A stretch of DNA of 63,035 bases, counting the filler, from Globobulimina sp. (Eukaryota), in NCBI GenBank assembly GCA_003354225.1. It is 54 parts of 54 records of this genome, joined end to end, with 100 filler letters (N's around TTAATTAATTAA, not from the genome) between each part and the next. Parts side by side here need not be neighbours in the genome. Positions count along the whole stretch, not along the records: positions 60,800 to 61,867 come from PIVH01024378.1; positions 61,968 to 63,035 come from PIVH01024379.1; 52 more parts are not named here. One strand, 5' to 3'. Position 1 is the stretch's first letter; each line of letters begins with the position of its first letter. The notes below the pieces were generated by a model. That model was given only the letters and a program-made list of their open reading frames with translations. It searched no databases and was not told the DNA's origin. Position numbers and translations under genes: made by a program. Shown one piece after another: positions 61,136-63,035 of the stretch.

Positions 61136-61867
61136 ATGAGCGATAAGAATGAGATTGACAGTGATTATGATGATAGTGATGATATCTCCCTTCCTATACA
61201 TCCACGAGGAAGAGATATGTATGGAATTAACACTGATACTCAACCACAACGACCACATATCCAACTTAATTTTAGTGCCGATTTAAATGCTGAAACAAAT
61301 GAAGTGTTGAAACAAATTCAAATGCAATCGGAACATAATAATTCCATATTGCATTCAAATAATAATAATAATCTCAACCAAGAACAAGCAATCAATGAAC
61401 TACGCGGTAGTGTCCAGCAAATAGTATCAAATCAACAAATGATTAATAAATCCACTGTTAACAGTTTTCTTTTACACACACAACAACAAAGCCAAATACA
61501 GCAACAACAAAGGCAAATACAACAAATACAACAAATACAAGCACAACAATGGCCAAACGCAAACAACACAAATAATCTCAACACTGATTTAAATAATCTC
61601 AGAGTATGCCATTCGAGAATTGAATATGATATGGATATCGATGGGAAATATCCATTTTTAGATTCCTTTGCTAAAACAAATGGATTACATTTACGCAAAT
61701 CATCAAAATGTAGCACCAACAACAATAATAATAATATGCCACAAAAAACAACAACGATGACAAATAATAATAATAGTAAAAATATTGATTGTTTGTTAAA
61801 TTTGACTGCAAATAATGTAAAAGAGAATCAATTTGCAAATACAAAAACAAAAAAATTGGCAAATTAT
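61136..61867 (+). CDS. Q/N-rich low-complexity protein, partial
   Basis: ATG-initiated ORF with poly-Q/N tracts, open to contig end. Confidence 0.5.
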
Positions 61868-61967
61868 NNNNNNNNNNNNNNNNNNNNNNNNNNNNNNNNN
61901 NNNNNNNNNNNTTAATTAATTAANNNNNNNNNNNNNNNNNNNNNNNNNNNNNNNNNNNNNNNNNNNN

Positions 61968-63035
61968 CATAATTAAACATAAATATATTGAAATTTCCAG
62001 AAAATAAAAGAAATTAAAAAAAAAGCACTTAACTGTTTCAAGAATACAAAATCTATCATATAATTGCCGATGGCTATGGATATGAAACGATTTCCATTTA
62101 TTTTGCAATTGATTCAAATTTGTTAATAATTGGTACGATATGAAATTTTGTGGTATATTATTTAATAAATAATCCAATTCATTATCATAGGACAAGCCGT
62201 TATTGATTTTTTCTTCAAATTTATAGATTATGTTATTTAATTCTGATAAACTTAAAAAAAACTTATTATTCCCATCATACCATGCCATGACTTTCTCCAA
62301 TACACGGATATCAATGCTAAATTTCGCTAATTTATCCAATCGATTCCTTCGCTCATTCTCCATATGCTCCATTTGTTGGATCATTTGTTCGCCATATTCC
62401 GCCCGCATCTCTTCGAATATTGAGACCATCTCATCATAGGATTTGCGGCCTTCCTCCAATGCCTCTAAATTTTCTGCCAAAAATGCACTTTTCTCTGCCA
62501 AATCTCTCTCCAATTCTTGGATAGTATCTAATTTCTATTTATTTATATATTCGCACTATGATATGGCGCCGACATCGCACATTCGCATACCTCCTCCACC
62601 AATTTGTTAATCTCTCAATATCTTTCTCATTGCGCTCCCTTTGGCTCTCTGCCTCTTTCTCTATCTCAACGGCAGTGCTTTCATCCTTATGTTCCTTATC
62701 GACCCTATCATTCGCCAATGCCATTTCAAACACTTCATTTTTTATTGTTTCATATTTTTCAATCAATTCATACGTTTCCGGGGTTTCCTTCGTTTCGCCA
62801 ATCACTGTAATTTGCAATGTTGTGGTTGGTTGTGGTTCCGGCTCTGGTTCAGGCTCTGGCTCTGCCTTTGGAGTTGGTTGAGGCTCAGGTTTGGGTGTTG
62901 GTGGTGTTGGTGGTGTTGGTTTAGGTTTCGGTTTGTGTGTTGGTTTTGGTTTTGGTTTTTTATATGACGATGATTGTACTGCCGGTTTTGGTTTCGGTTT
63001 CGGTTTCGGTAATTTATAGACAGAAGTCAACGTTT
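61968..63035 (-). CDS. Mitofilin/Mic60-like protein, internal fragment (intron near 62535-62590, boundaries uncertain)
   Basis: P/K-rich linker, coiled coil, ENERRNRLDKL..IRVLEK, SYDNELDYL, SHRQLYDRF resemble the Mic60 coiled-coil/LBS region. Confidence 0.55.

Overview
This window is not one locus. It is 54 unrelated contigs of 1068-1070 bp, sorted by length and joined by an artificial 100-bp spacer (N44-TTAATTAATTAA-N44), so no gene neighbourhood can be inferred across a spacer. Most contigs come from an AT-rich, gene-dense eukaryote with short (about 55-75 bp) GT-AG introns and the standard genetic code. By inference this is a protist, plausibly a foraminiferan/rhizarian. Recognisable genes include RPL11, G-protein beta, SEC22, APC5, a UBXN4-like protein, a Mic60-like protein, a Mn-type CDF, MFS carriers, a kinase, a SET protein and a Cys-less pentameric ligand-gated channel. 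Other sources are mixed in: one bacterial contig (deltaproteobacterial-type porin), two Polinton/Maverick (adintovirus-like) contigs (packaging ATPase plus cysteine protease; major capsid protein), and several repeat or transposon contigs. The most unusual object is contig 19891-20960, whose first and last 119 bp are identical. It is a closed 951-bp unit (circle or tandem array) carrying two co-oriented intronless ORFs, one with a degenerate RRM-like fold, and no recognisable replication gene. All family calls are motif recognition by eye; no database searches were run.
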